This document shows positions 17,499 through 25,759 of a stretch of DNA of 32,537 nucleotides, piece after piece. Source of the stretch: Verrucomicrobiales bacterium (lineage in GTDB: Bacteria; Verrucomicrobiota; Verrucomicrobiia; Limisphaerales; UBA1100). Each line of letters opens with the position of its first letter. Position 1 is the first letter of the stretch. The notes beneath the pieces are model-generated. The model was not told the DNA's origin and did no database searches. It saw nothing but the letters and a program-made list of their open reading frames with translations. The stretch spans positions 1 through 32,537 of the forward strand of contig PBVU01000062.1 in NCBI GenBank assembly GCA_002728775.1, in the 5' to 3' direction. The translations under genes were made by a program, and so were the position numbers.

Positions 17499-18002
17499 CT
17501 ACAAATCTCGATTTACAAAATGCAAAATTTTGAACTCAGGCGTCTCCCGGATCACCGCGCGTTCAACGAACTGGTCCTCAAACGCCGGAAACAGGACATT
17601 CCCATCCACTTCACGCTGAACGACCGTTAAAAACAAATCCGAGCAACGTGGCAGCGCCAATTCATAAACCAGCCCCCCGCCGGCCACAAAGATCTGTCGG
17701 CCATCCTTCATCGGCGCCAATTCACCCAACTCAACGATCGTCCGCACCCCTTCATGCACAAACCCCGACCGGCTCAGGACCACAATCTCGCGGTTCGGCA
17801 GCGGCCGGCCAATGGATTCGAATGTCTTCCGCCCCATCACGACCACCTGTCCCGTGGTCATTTTTTTGAACCAACGAAAATCCTCCGGCAAATGCCACGG
17901 GATTTCGCTTCCTCGCCCAATCACCCGGTTTAGTGACATCGCCGCGATGGCTTGGAATGGAAACTGGGGATTAAAATCCGCGAACCGGGGAATGGCCTCC
18001 AT
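17499..18002 (-). CDS. folA: Dihydrofolate reductase
   Basis: Motifs IAAMSLNRVIG...IPWHLPEDFRWFK, VVMGRKTFESIGRPLPNR and IFVAGGGLVY. Directly downstream of thyA. Confidence 0.96.
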   Translation of the reverse strand: MEAIPRFADFNPQFPFQAIAAMSLNRVIGRGSEIPWHLPEDFRWFKKMTTGQVVVMGRKTFESIGRPLPNREIVVLSRSGFVHEGVRTIVELGELAPMKDGRQIFVAGGGLVYELALPRCSDLFLTVVQREVDGNVLFPAFEDQFVERAVIRETPEFKILHFVNRDL

Positions 18003-18008
18003 CGCCCT

Positions 18009-18803
18009 CTACACCGCCACCGGCGCCTTGATATGCGGATGCGGATCATAGTCCCGCAACTCAAAGTCCTCAAACGTGAAGCCGTGAATATCCGTGATTT
18101 CCGGATTCAGATGCATCGCCGGCAAACGCCGCGGTTCCCGCTCCAGTTGTTCCCGCGCCTGTTCCAGATGGTTGCTATACAAGTGCAAATCCCCGAACGT
18201 GTGGATGTATTCGCCCGGCCGCAACCCGCACACTTGTGCCACCATCAACGTTAAAAGCGAATAGCTCGCAATGTTGAACGGCACCCCCAGAAACAAGTCC
18301 GCGCTACGCTGGTACAACTGGCAGGACAACTCCCCGTCACGGACATAAAACTGAAACATCGCATGGCAGGGCGCCAGCGCCATCTGGTCAATCTCCCCCG
18401 CGTTCCACGCGCTCACGATATGCCGCCGACTGTCCGGGTTGGTCTTGATCTGCTCCACCACCGCGTCAATTTGGTTCAGTGAACCACCATCTGGCGTCCG
18501 CCAATCACACCACTGTGCCCCGTACACCCGCCCCAAGTCCCCCTTTTCATCCGCCCATTCATCCCAAATGCGCACCCCATGCTCATTGAGATACCCCACA
18601 TTCGTGTCTCCCTTCAAAAACCAGAGCAACTCATGGATGATTGACCGCAAGTGCAGCTTCTTCGTCGTGAGTACTGGGAACGATTCTCGCAGGTCAAACC
18701 GCGCCTGCGCACCAAACACCGACAGCGTGCCTGTGCCCGTGCGGTCCTCCTTCGGCCGACCGTCCTCCATCACGTGCCGCAACAAGTCAAGATACTGAAT
18801 CAT
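18009..18803 (-). CDS. thyA: Thymidylate synthase
   Basis: Motifs DRTGTGT, ELLWFL, catalytic [25 protein letters not shown] and IKAPVAV. 264 aa. Confidence 0.98.
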   Translation of the reverse strand: MIQYLDLLRHVMEDGRPKEDRTGTGTLSVFGAQARFDLRESFPVLTTKKLHLRSIIHELLWFLKGDTNVGYLNEHGVRIWDEWADEKGDLGRVYGAQWCDWRTPDGGSLNQIDAVVEQIKTNPDSRRHIVSAWNAGEIDQMALAPCHAMFQFYVRDGELSCQLYQRSADLFLGVPFNIASYSLLTLMVAQVCGLRPGEYIHTFGDLHLYSNHLEQAREQLEREPRRLPAMHLNPEITDIHGFTFEDFELRDYDPHPHIKAPVAV

Positions 18804-18886
18804 GAACCACTGGAGAGTGGCTGACCCGCCAACCCCCCGTCAAACGAACATAATCCCAAGCCATCCCCTGCGATATCACAAGATAT

Positions 18887-19894
18887 TCACGCCTCCGCCC
18901 GCGCCAACCGGTCCGCAATCGCCGCCCATTCCCCTGTTTCCGGCGGCTTTTCCACCACAATTAACTCGGCCCCCTCCGCGTCACAGCAATGCAACTCCCC
19001 GTACAACGCCCGTGCATACGCCTCCGCATCGCGCGGAATCACGCTCACCCGTCCAAACCGTGTCCCCGGCGGAATCACCGTGTGTGCAATCACATACACC
19101 CGGTCCGCCGGTGTTCGCGAGGCCGCAATCTGGCCCTCCAAGTCTTCCTCATCCGCCCATTCCAATACCCGCAGCCGTGCCGTGGGTGAATAATGCCGCG
19201 GCAACCGCCCTGGGCTTTTTAAAACATCCTCCTCCCCCGCCCACCGCACCGTTGTCCCCGGCAAGGCCGCCGCCAACGAGTCCCGCGAAATCATCCCCGG
19301 CCGCAACACCCTCACCTCATCCGTTCCCACCTCCACCACCGTCGATTCAATCCCCACCTGCGATTGTCCCCCATCCACGATCAACGGCACCACCCCGCCC
19401 AGTTGCGTCCGTACATGTTCCGCGTTCGTGGGTGACAAGTGGTTGCTCAAGTTCGCGCTCGGTGCCGCCAGAGGAAAACGGCACGCCCGAATCACTGCCT
19501 GCATGAACGGATGCCCCGGCCAACGCACCCCCACCGTCTCCCCCCCAGCCGTAACCACGTCCGGGATGCATTCCGCCCGTGGCAGCACCAATGTCAAGGG
19601 GCCCGGCCAAAACGCCCGCGCCAACAACTCCGCTGCCTCCGGCCAAGCCCCCACACACTCACGCGCCATCCCCACCCCGTCCACGTGCACAATCACCGGG
19701 TTTTCTGCAGGCCGTCCCTTGGCCTCGAAAATGGCCTCCACCACCGTCTTCTCCAGTGCATTGCCCGCCAGGCCATACACCGTCTCCGTCGGCAACGCAG
19801 CCAAGCCACCGGCTCGCAACACCGCTGCCGCCCGTTCCACCGCCTCCTCAAACAGCGCGGGTTCATGGACCGGCAAAATCTCCGCCTCACTCAC
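18887..19894 (-). CDS. tsaC: L-threonylcarbamoyladenylate synthase (Sua5 type, with C-terminal domain)
   Basis: Motifs PTETVYGL, KGRPAENPVIVH, FWPGPLT, AAPSAN, GIESTV, SPG...RHYSP and LY..L...D...DRL.RA. Start moved to GTG 19894 to avoid overlap with trpD. Confidence 0.94.
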   Translation of the reverse strand: MSEAEILPVHEPALFEEAVERAAAVLRAGGLAALPTETVYGLAGNALEKTVVEAIFEAKGRPAENPVIVHVDGVGMARECVGAWPEAAELLARAFWPGPLTLVLPRAECIPDVVTAGGETVGVRWPGHPFMQAVIRACRFPLAAPSANLSNHLSPTNAEHVRTQLGGVVPLIVDGGQSQVGIESTVVEVGTDEVRVLRPGMISRDSLAAALPGTTVRWAGEEDVLKSPGRLPRHYSPTARLRVLEWADEEDLEGQIAASRTPADRVYVIAHTVIPPGTRFGRVSVIPRDAEAYARALYGELHCCDAEGAELIVVEKPPETGEWAAIADRLARAEA

Positions 19895-19942
19895 GTGCTC
19901 AATCTGCCCGCACCCGCGTACCCATGGCACGCAAAAAGTGGA

Positions 19943-19971
19943 TTGGACCCACCGCTTCCCTGCCCTAAGCT
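19943..19971 (+). promoter_or_regulatory. Possible leaderless promoter of trpD
   Basis: TTGGAC (19943-19948), 17-nt spacer, TAAGCT (19966-19971), then 6 nt to ATG 19978. No Shine-Dalgarno sequence. Confidence 0.45.
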
Positions 19972-19977
19972 CCCTCC

Positions 19978-21009
19978 ATGCTCGACGAATTAACCACCCA
20001 GTTAGACACCGGCACCGACCTTGACCCCGCACAGTGCGAGGCCGCCGTGGAGCAACTCACCACCGAGGACATTCCCACGGAGTCCAAGGCCGAATTCCTC
20101 ACCGCTCTGGCCACCAAGGGCGAGACCACCAGCGAACTCGCCGCCTTCGCTACCAATTTGCGCGGGAGAGCCACGCCTGTGCCCCTCGATGGAGCCACCA
20201 CTCAGGAACTGCTCGATGTCTGCGGCACTGGCGGCGACGGTCTGAACACCTTCAATATCTCCACCACCGTCGCCCTCCTCTGTGCCTCCGCGGGTGTCCC
20301 CGTGGCCAAGCACGGCAACCGCGCCATCACCAGCAAGAGTGGCAGCGCCGATGTCCTCGACGCGCTCGGCATCCCCACAACCCTTTCGCCCGCCGAAGCC
20401 GCCACTGCCATTCAGGAAAAGAATTTCGCCTTTCTCTTCGCTCCGCTCTATCACCCTGCCTTTAAACACATCGCCCCCGCCCGCAAACTCTGCGCCAAGC
20501 GCGGCCAACGAACCCTTTTCAATTTCCTCGGCCCCCTGCTCAACCCCGCCCGCCCCACCGCACAACTCATTGGCGTCCCCCGCGCAGAGCTCTGCAGCCC
20601 CATGGCATCTGTTCTGAAGAATCTCGGCATCCGCCGCGGCATGGTCGTAAGTGGTGCCGCCGGTGACCGCCGCATGGACGAGCTTTCGCCACTGAGCGAA
20701 ACTGCCATCGCCGAGTTTTATCAGGATCGTGCCATGGCAGAGTCCGTGTGGTCCCCCGGAAACCTGCCTCTCTCCTCCATGACTCTGGACGATCTTGCCG
20801 GCGGCGATGCCGAGGCCAATGCCGCCCTTACCAGCGCTATTTTAAGTGGGGAAGACGCTGGCCCGCGACGCGAGGCCGTGTTGTTAAACGCAGGAGCGGC
20901 CCTGTTCGTCGCCGCCGCCGCTGGTTCCATCACCGAAGGCTGGGAACTGGCCGCTGAAGTCATCGACGACGGCCGTGCCCAGGCCAAACTGGAGGAGTTG
21001 TCCGCATGA
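19978..21009 (+). CDS. trpD: Anthranilate phosphoribosyltransferase
   Basis: Motifs DVCGTGGDG..TFNIST, AKHGNRAITSKSGSADVL, FLFAP.YHPA, RTLFNFLGPLLNP and MDELS. Confidence 0.97.
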   Translation: MLDELTTQLDTGTDLDPAQCEAAVEQLTTEDIPTESKAEFLTALATKGETTSELAAFATNLRGRATPVPLDGATTQELLDVCGTGGDGLNTFNISTTVALLCASAGVPVAKHGNRAITSKSGSADVLDALGIPTTLSPAEAATAIQEKNFAFLFAPLYHPAFKHIAPARKLCAKRGQRTLFNFLGPLLNPARPTAQLIGVPRAELCSPMASVLKNLGIRRGMVVSGAAGDRRMDELSPLSETAIAEFYQDRAMAESVWSPGNLPLSSMTLDDLAGGDAEANAALTSAILSGEDAGPRREAVLLNAGAALFVAAAAGSITEGWELAAEVIDDGRAQAKLEELSA

Positions 21010-21470
21010 ACCCGGCACCGCCCGTGCTGAAACCCTCGCCTTGGCGGCGATGGGCGTGGGTGCTGGTGGTGCTTCCAGCCGGCCTCACCGTCTGGTTGCT
21101 CGGCGCGAATGATCCTGTGAAAACGGAAATCTATCCCCCCTGCAGCTTTCACAAGGCCACTGGCCTGCTTTGCCCCGGCTGTGGCGGACTGCGCTCCACC
21201 CACCATCTTGCCAACGGGCGGCTGGGGCAGGCGTTCCAAAACCATCCCGGCTTCGTTCTGGCGCTGCCCTTCCTGCTGCCTCTGGTCTCCGTGTGGATAT
21301 GGCATCGCGTCCGAAACGATGAGGAAACCCTCCGGACACGAATGATCTATGACCGGGCGTTAAAAATGGCGCTCATCCTCTTTTTCGTGCCGGCCCTGCT
21401 GCGAAACTTGCCCGGGCCATTCCAAAACTTCGCGCCACCACCGGTGGCAAAAGTCGCCCCATCCAAGTAA
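21006..21470 (+). CDS. DUF2752-family membrane protein
   Basis: Signature PCSFHKATGLLCPGCGGLRS..HL..G....AF..HP, TM helices and C-terminal LLRNL. ATGA overlap with trpD. Confidence 0.88.
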   Translation: MNPAPPVLKPSPWRRWAWVLVVLPAGLTVWLLGANDPVKTEIYPPCSFHKATGLLCPGCGGLRSTHHLANGRLGQAFQNHPGFVLALPFLLPLVSVWIWHRVRNDEETLRTRMIYDRALKMALILFFVPALLRNLPGPFQNFAPPPVAKVAPSK

Positions 21471-22006
21471 TGCCGCGATACACCATCATTGGCGGCGACG
21501 ACCGCGAATACGGCCCCATCAGCCTCGATCAGGTGCGTGCCTGGATACGCGAGGGGCGCGCGGATGAGAATACCCGCGTACGCCCCGAGGGTTCACAGCA
21601 ATGGACGGCCCTGGGCGAGCTTTCTGAATTCGCCGAACTGCTTGGCATTGCCCCTCCGAAAACCCCAGGCTTGCCGCCCCTTCCCGTCCCCAAGCGGAAA
21701 CCGGCCGAGCTCAAGCTTCCCCCCGGACAACAAGTAGGGGCTCCCACAGCCAGCAACCCATGGGCGGGCGTGAGTCTGGCCTTTGCGATCGGGGCCATGA
21801 CTTGTGGCTGTGGGCATCCCCTGTGCTGGGGAGTGTTCGCCGGATTGGGTATTGCCACCTCGCTCATGGCCCTGAACCAAATCAAACTCAACCCCGGCCA
21901 GCGTGGCGCGGGCATGGCCAAGATATCGCTGGCCATGTCGGTGGCCAGCCTACTGCTGTTCATCCTTGCCATCGGCGCAGTGGCGAGCCTCCTGCCCCAG
22001 AAGTGA
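21470..22006 (+). CDS. GYF_2 (DUF4339) domain plus DUF4190-like two-TM membrane protein
   Basis: YTIIGGDDREYGPISLDQVRAWIREGR...W..L..L.EF, a Pro-rich linker, then TM, ALNQIK.NPGQRGAGMA, TM. TAATG overlap with the upstream gene. Confidence 0.85.
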   Translation: MPRYTIIGGDDREYGPISLDQVRAWIREGRADENTRVRPEGSQQWTALGELSEFAELLGIAPPKTPGLPPLPVPKRKPAELKLPPGQQVGAPTASNPWAGVSLAFAIGAMTCGCGHPLCWGVFAGLGIATSLMALNQIKLNPGQRGAGMAKISLAMSVASLLLFILAIGAVASLLPQK

Positions 22007-22017
22007 TCCATGACCGC

Positions 22018-22422
22018 ATGAACGCTGAACTGACCAAGGCCAAGGCGACGCGCTGCCTGCTGATGAACCTGTTCCTCCTCCCCGGCGCGGGTTCACTGAA
22101 AGGTGGCCGCCGCATGGCCGGCACGTGGCAGTTGTTGTTGCTGGTCATTGGCACCCTGATGATCGTTCCCATGCTACTCGAGGCTATCAACCAGTTTCTG
22201 AGCCTGTATAAAGGCATCGCCGACATGGCTGAGACTGGAACCGGCGATGTGCCACAATCTCTGGAGGGACTACAGGAAACCCTCCTCTCCGTCTGGAGCA
22301 AACACGCCGGCCTGACACTGGGAGGAATTGCACTGACCATGGCATCTTGGATCTGGGGGTTCTTTACTGGGTTTTCCCTGATGACCGAAGCAGCGCAGCG
22401 GGAGGTGAAAAATCAAAAGTGA
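22018..22422 (+). CDS. Small membrane protein, hypothetical (TM2-like N-terminus)
   Basis: Pattern NLFLLPGAGSL.GGRR.AG..Q and hydrophobic helices. The 5' part of the 21760 ORF overlaps the preceding gene, so the start is set at ATG 22018 (alternative GTG 22003). Confidence 0.72.
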   Translation: MNAELTKAKATRCLLMNLFLLPGAGSLKGGRRMAGTWQLLLLVIGTLMIVPMLLEAINQFLSLYKGIADMAETGTGDVPQSLEGLQETLLSVWSKHAGLTLGGIALTMASWIWGFFTGFSLMTEAAQREVKNQK

Positions 22423-22501
22423 AAGACATCGGTCAAAATTCAAAATTAATGTGCAGTCACGAACCTTTTGAATTTTGACCTGTGGCTTTGCCTTTTCACC
22501 T
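22403..22501. terminator. Long inverted repeat between convergent genes, probable bidirectional terminator
   Basis: Perfect 15-bp arms GGTCAAAATTCAAAA (22431-22445) and TTTTGAATTTTGACC (22466-22480). Outer arms AGGTGAAAA (22403-22411) and TTTTCACCT (22493-22501). Confidence 0.6.
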
Positions 22502-22502
22502 T

Positions 22503-23045
22503 CTACTTTTGACTTCCCTTCCCTGTCTCCCGAAACTGGTGTGTCACCTGTGAAACCACCTCCCGTTGCGGCCGAATGTCTGTGCTGATGATAATGTCCG
22601 CTTGACGGTAATGCGGCTCGCGCGCGGCCAGCAGTTCACGAATGCGCGCCTGTGGTTCGGGATCATTTAACAGCGGACGATGCGTCTGGCCACGGCATCT
22701 TTGCCAAATGGTTTCCGGGTTGGCCCAAAGACAGACAACCAGTGAGTGGGCCTTCAAGGCTTCCACGTTGGCAGAATCCGTCACCAGCCCACCGCCGGTT
22801 GCAATGACCAAGTTTTCCCGCTGGGCCAGGCCCACCACCACATCGTGTTCCATCCGGCGGAACTCCTCCTCCCCGGACTGGCTGAAAATCTCCGGGATGG
22901 ACACCCCAGCTTGGCCCTCAATCAGCACATCGGTGTCCACGAACTCAAAGTGCAAATCCCGCGCCACCTGCCGGCCAACCGTCGATTTACCCGTGCCCAT
23001 GAACCCCACGAGAGCCAGATTCCGTATGTCGCGCGCGGCGTCCAT
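22503..23045 (-). CDS. aroK: Shikimate kinase
   Basis: P-loop GFMGTGKSTVG, motifs FVDTD, GEEEFR..E, VIATGGG, RPLL and R.PHY. Start at ATG 23045. Confidence 0.95.
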   Translation of the reverse strand: MDAARDIRNLALVGFMGTGKSTVGRQVARDLHFEFVDTDVLIEGQAGVSIPEIFSQSGEEEFRRMEHDVVVGLAQRENLVIATGGGLVTDSANVEALKAHSLVVCLWANPETIWQRCRGQTHRPLLNDPEPQARIRELLAAREPHYRQADIIISTDIRPQREVVSQVTHQFRETGKGSQK

Positions 23046-23085
23046 CGCATTTGCATAGCCCAACGGGCGGGGGAAGGCACGCGGT

Positions 23086-23114
23086 TTGTTGAATTTGCTT
23101 GTTTGCGATACACT
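23086..23114 (+). promoter_or_regulatory. Possible sigma70-type promoter of ptsI
   Basis: TTGTTG (23086-23091), 17-nt spacer, TACACT (23109-23114), in the aroK/ptsI divergent gap. Confidence 0.4.
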
Positions 23115-23134
23115 GCCCCAACCATCATCCGGCT

Positions 23135-24925
23135 GTGGCGAGCACCATCGAGGCAGGGGAAATCATTTTCCGCGGCATTGGCGTGTCGCCGGGCGTGACG
23201 CAGGGGAAAGTCTTGGTACTCGAGAAGGGCCAGGAGGAACGTCCGCGCCGTCGGCCCATCCCCGCCAAGCAGGTGGAACCGGAGCTGAAGCGTCTGGAGG
23301 CAGCCCTTACCAAGACGCGCAGCGAGCTGCGTACCATTCGCGACTCTGTCCGCGCGCGCCTTGGCGCCAGTGACGCCCAGATTTTTGATGCACACCTGCT
23401 GGTACTCGACGATCCCGTGCTCATAGATCAGGTGACGCAGTTGATCCGTGATGAATCCATCAATGCGGAGTATGCCTTTTACACCTTCATTGGCGAATAC
23501 ACCCAGGCCCTCTCCGAGGTTCAGGATGATTATCTGCGCGAACGCGTGGCGGACATTCGGGACGTAGCCGATCGTGTGCTGGGCCACCTGACCGGCCGCG
23601 ATCACACCATCGACCTCGAACACCTCGAAGATCCCTGCATCATCATCAGCCACGAGTTGACCCCCGGCCACACCGCGCAACTGGACCGCGCCAAGGTGCT
23701 CGGCTTTGCGACCGACGTGGGCGGCAAAACCTCACACACCGCCATCATGGCCGGCAGCCTGCGCATCCCCGCCGTGGTCGGCCTGCGCAATGCCTCGCGC
23801 GAAATTACCACCGGCGCCCACGCCCTGCTCGATGGCTTGAACGGCCTCATCATCGTTAACCCCACCGACCAGACCCTCTTCGAGTATGGCCAACTCACCC
23901 GCAAGCGCGAGGACCTCCAGACGCGCCTAACCGAGATCAAGGACAGCCCGGCCATCACCCTCGACGGCCAACACATCATCCTCTCTGCCAACGTCGAACA
24001 AATCAGCGACACCGCTGCCGTGCTCGACTGCGGTGCTGAGGGCGTGGGACTGTTCCGCACCGAGTACCTTTTCCTCGATCGCGACACGGCCCCCACCGAG
24101 CAGGAACAATACCTCTCCTACCAGAAAGTCGCCGCCGCCGTGGCCCCGCAGACCGTCATCTTCCGCACACTCGACATCGGCGCCGACAAGCTTGCCGGCG
24201 CTTGGGCCGGCACAAACGAGACCAACCCCTTCCTAGGCTGGCGAGCCATTCGTTTTTGCCTTCAGGAAACCGCCATCTTCAAGGCCCAGCTACGCGCCAT
24301 CCTCCGTGCCAGCACGGAAGGCAACGTCAAGGTCATGTATCCCATGATCTCCAGTGTCGACGAACTCGCCGAAGCCAACAAACTGCTTGAGGAATGCCAA
24401 GCCGAGTTGGCCACTGAGGGTCTTTCCTTCGACAAGAACATCGAGGCCGGCGTCATGATCGAGATTCCTTCCGCTGTCATGATCGCCGACGCCTTGGCCC
24501 AGCGCGCCAAGTTCTTCAGCCTCGGCACCAACGACCTCATCCAGTACACCCTCGCCGTCGACCGCCTCAACGAGCGCGTCGCCCACATGTACGACCCCAC
24601 CCACCCCGCCATGCTCAAGCTCATCCGCCTCTCCGTCGAGGCCGGCAAAAAGCACGGCATTTGGACCGGCATCTGCGGTGAGATGGCTGGCGATCCCGCC
24701 CTCGTCCCATTGCTCATTGGCTTGGGCGTCGACGAACTCAGCGTGGCCCCGCCCATGCTGCCGCAAATTAAACACCTCATCCGCCACCTCAAGACCACCG
24801 AGGCCCAGGAACTCGCCCGGTCCGCCCTCGACGCAGAGGCCAGCGTGGACATCCTCGTCCGCTCCCGCGCGCTGGTGCAGCGCGTCGCCCCCGGCCTGCT
24901 CGAGAGCCAAATGGCCAACCTTTAA
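23135..24925 (+). CDS. ptsI: Phosphoenolpyruvate-protein phosphotransferase (PTS enzyme I)
   Basis: Phospho-His motif TSHTAIMA, plus GVGLFRTE, RTLDIGADK, NPFLGWRAIR, GVMIEIP, SLGTNDLIQY and GICGEMAG. No N-terminal GAF domain. Start at GTG 23135 is approximate. Confidence 0.96.
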   Translation: MASTIEAGEIIFRGIGVSPGVTQGKVLVLEKGQEERPRRRPIPAKQVEPELKRLEAALTKTRSELRTIRDSVRARLGASDAQIFDAHLLVLDDPVLIDQVTQLIRDESINAEYAFYTFIGEYTQALSEVQDDYLRERVADIRDVADRVLGHLTGRDHTIDLEHLEDPCIIISHELTPGHTAQLDRAKVLGFATDVGGKTSHTAIMAGSLRIPAVVGLRNASREITTGAHALLDGLNGLIIVNPTDQTLFEYGQLTRKREDLQTRLTEIKDSPAITLDGQHIILSANVEQISDTAAVLDCGAEGVGLFRTEYLFLDRDTAPTEQEQYLSYQKVAAAVAPQTVIFRTLDIGADKLAGAWAGTNETNPFLGWRAIRFCLQETAIFKAQLRAILRASTEGNVKVMYPMISSVDELAEANKLLEECQAELATEGLSFDKNIEAGVMIEIPSAVMIADALAQRAKFFSLGTNDLIQYTLAVDRLNERVAHMYDPTHPAMLKLIRLSVEAGKKHGIWTGICGEMAGDPALVPLLIGLGVDELSVAPPMLPQIKHLIRHLKTTEAQELARSALDAEASVDILVRSRALVQRVAPGLLESQMANL

Positions 24926-24927
24926 AA

Positions 24928-25674
24928 ATGCAGCTCATCATCCTCGCCGCCGGCTACGCCACCCGGCTCCTGCCTCTCACCCGTGACACCCCCAAACCGC
25001 TTCTCCCCGTGGACGGCCGCCCCATGCTCGAGTACGTCCTCGAGGCCGCCACGCCCATCCCCGGCATTCAACGCGCCATCATCGTCACCAACCATCGCTT
25101 TACCCCCCAATTCGAAGCATGGGCAAAAAATACGCAACCCCCTTTCCCCTGCGCCATTCTGAACGACGGCACCACCAGCAATGAAGACCGCCTCGGTGCC
25201 ATCGGTGATCTGCACAAGACCTTGGTAGATTTCGCCATCGACGAAGACATCACCGTTCTGGCCGGCGACAATCTGTTCACTCAACCCCTCACCGGCTTTG
25301 GCGAATTTTGCGCCACCCACGTCACTCCCTGTCTGGGCGTCTACGACGTGGGATCGCTCGAGGAAGCCGCCAAGTACGGCGTCGTAGACACCAATGCCGA
25401 GGCCCGCATCACCAGCTTCGAAGAAAAACCCGCCGCCCCCAGAAGCACCCTCATTGGCATCGCCCTTTACCATTATCCCCGCGCCGTCCTGCCCGAGATC
25501 ACCCGTTATCTGGCCGAAGGCAACAACCCCGACCAACCCGGCCGCCTTATCCAATGGCTGTACCCACAGCGCCCCGTCCACGCCTGGCCCGTCCCCGGCC
25601 AATGGCTCGACATCGGCTCCCACGAAACCCTCGCCGAAGCTCAGGAGATATTCGGGAACAAAACCCAAGCCTGA
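24928..25674 (+). CDS. Sugar-1-phosphate nucleotidyltransferase (NTP_transferase family), substrate unknown
   Basis: Motifs ILAAGYATRL.PLT...PKPLLPV, LAGDNL, YGVV, FEEKP and WLDIGS. Confidence 0.9.
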   Translation: MQLIILAAGYATRLLPLTRDTPKPLLPVDGRPMLEYVLEAATPIPGIQRAIIVTNHRFTPQFEAWAKNTQPPFPCAILNDGTTSNEDRLGAIGDLHKTLVDFAIDEDITVLAGDNLFTQPLTGFGEFCATHVTPCLGVYDVGSLEEAAKYGVVDTNAEARITSFEEKPAAPRSTLIGIALYHYPRAVLPEITRYLAEGNNPDQPGRLIQWLYPQRPVHAWPVPGQWLDIGSHETLAEAQEIFGNKTQA

Positions 25675-25759
25675 TTTCTGGGCACCGGCTTGATCGGCGT
25701 TGCCGCCTTGGGAATATCTTAAAGTGGCCCGGAGGATGTGGGGTTGCTTTAGTGCGCGT

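Noticed and set aside
18802-19506. 234-aa Pro-rich ORF on the + strand
   Set aside because: A by-product of the C-rich strand opposite tsaC. No motif support.
19895-20032. N-terminal extension of tsaC in the ORF track
   Set aside because: Would overlap the divergent trpD and its promoter. Sua5 homology starts near GTG 19894.
21760-22002. 5' extension of the 220-aa ORF
   Set aside because: Overlaps the GYF_2/DUF4190-like gene in another frame. The protein-like part begins at 22003 or 22018.
22431-22480. CRISPR repeat or IS terminal repeats
   Set aside because: Only one inverted pair around 20 nt. No direct repeat-spacer array, cas gene or transposase nearby.
24922-25668. 248-aa ORF on the - strand mirroring the nucleotidyltransferase
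   Set aside because: Codon-aligned antisense shadow with no independent evidence.
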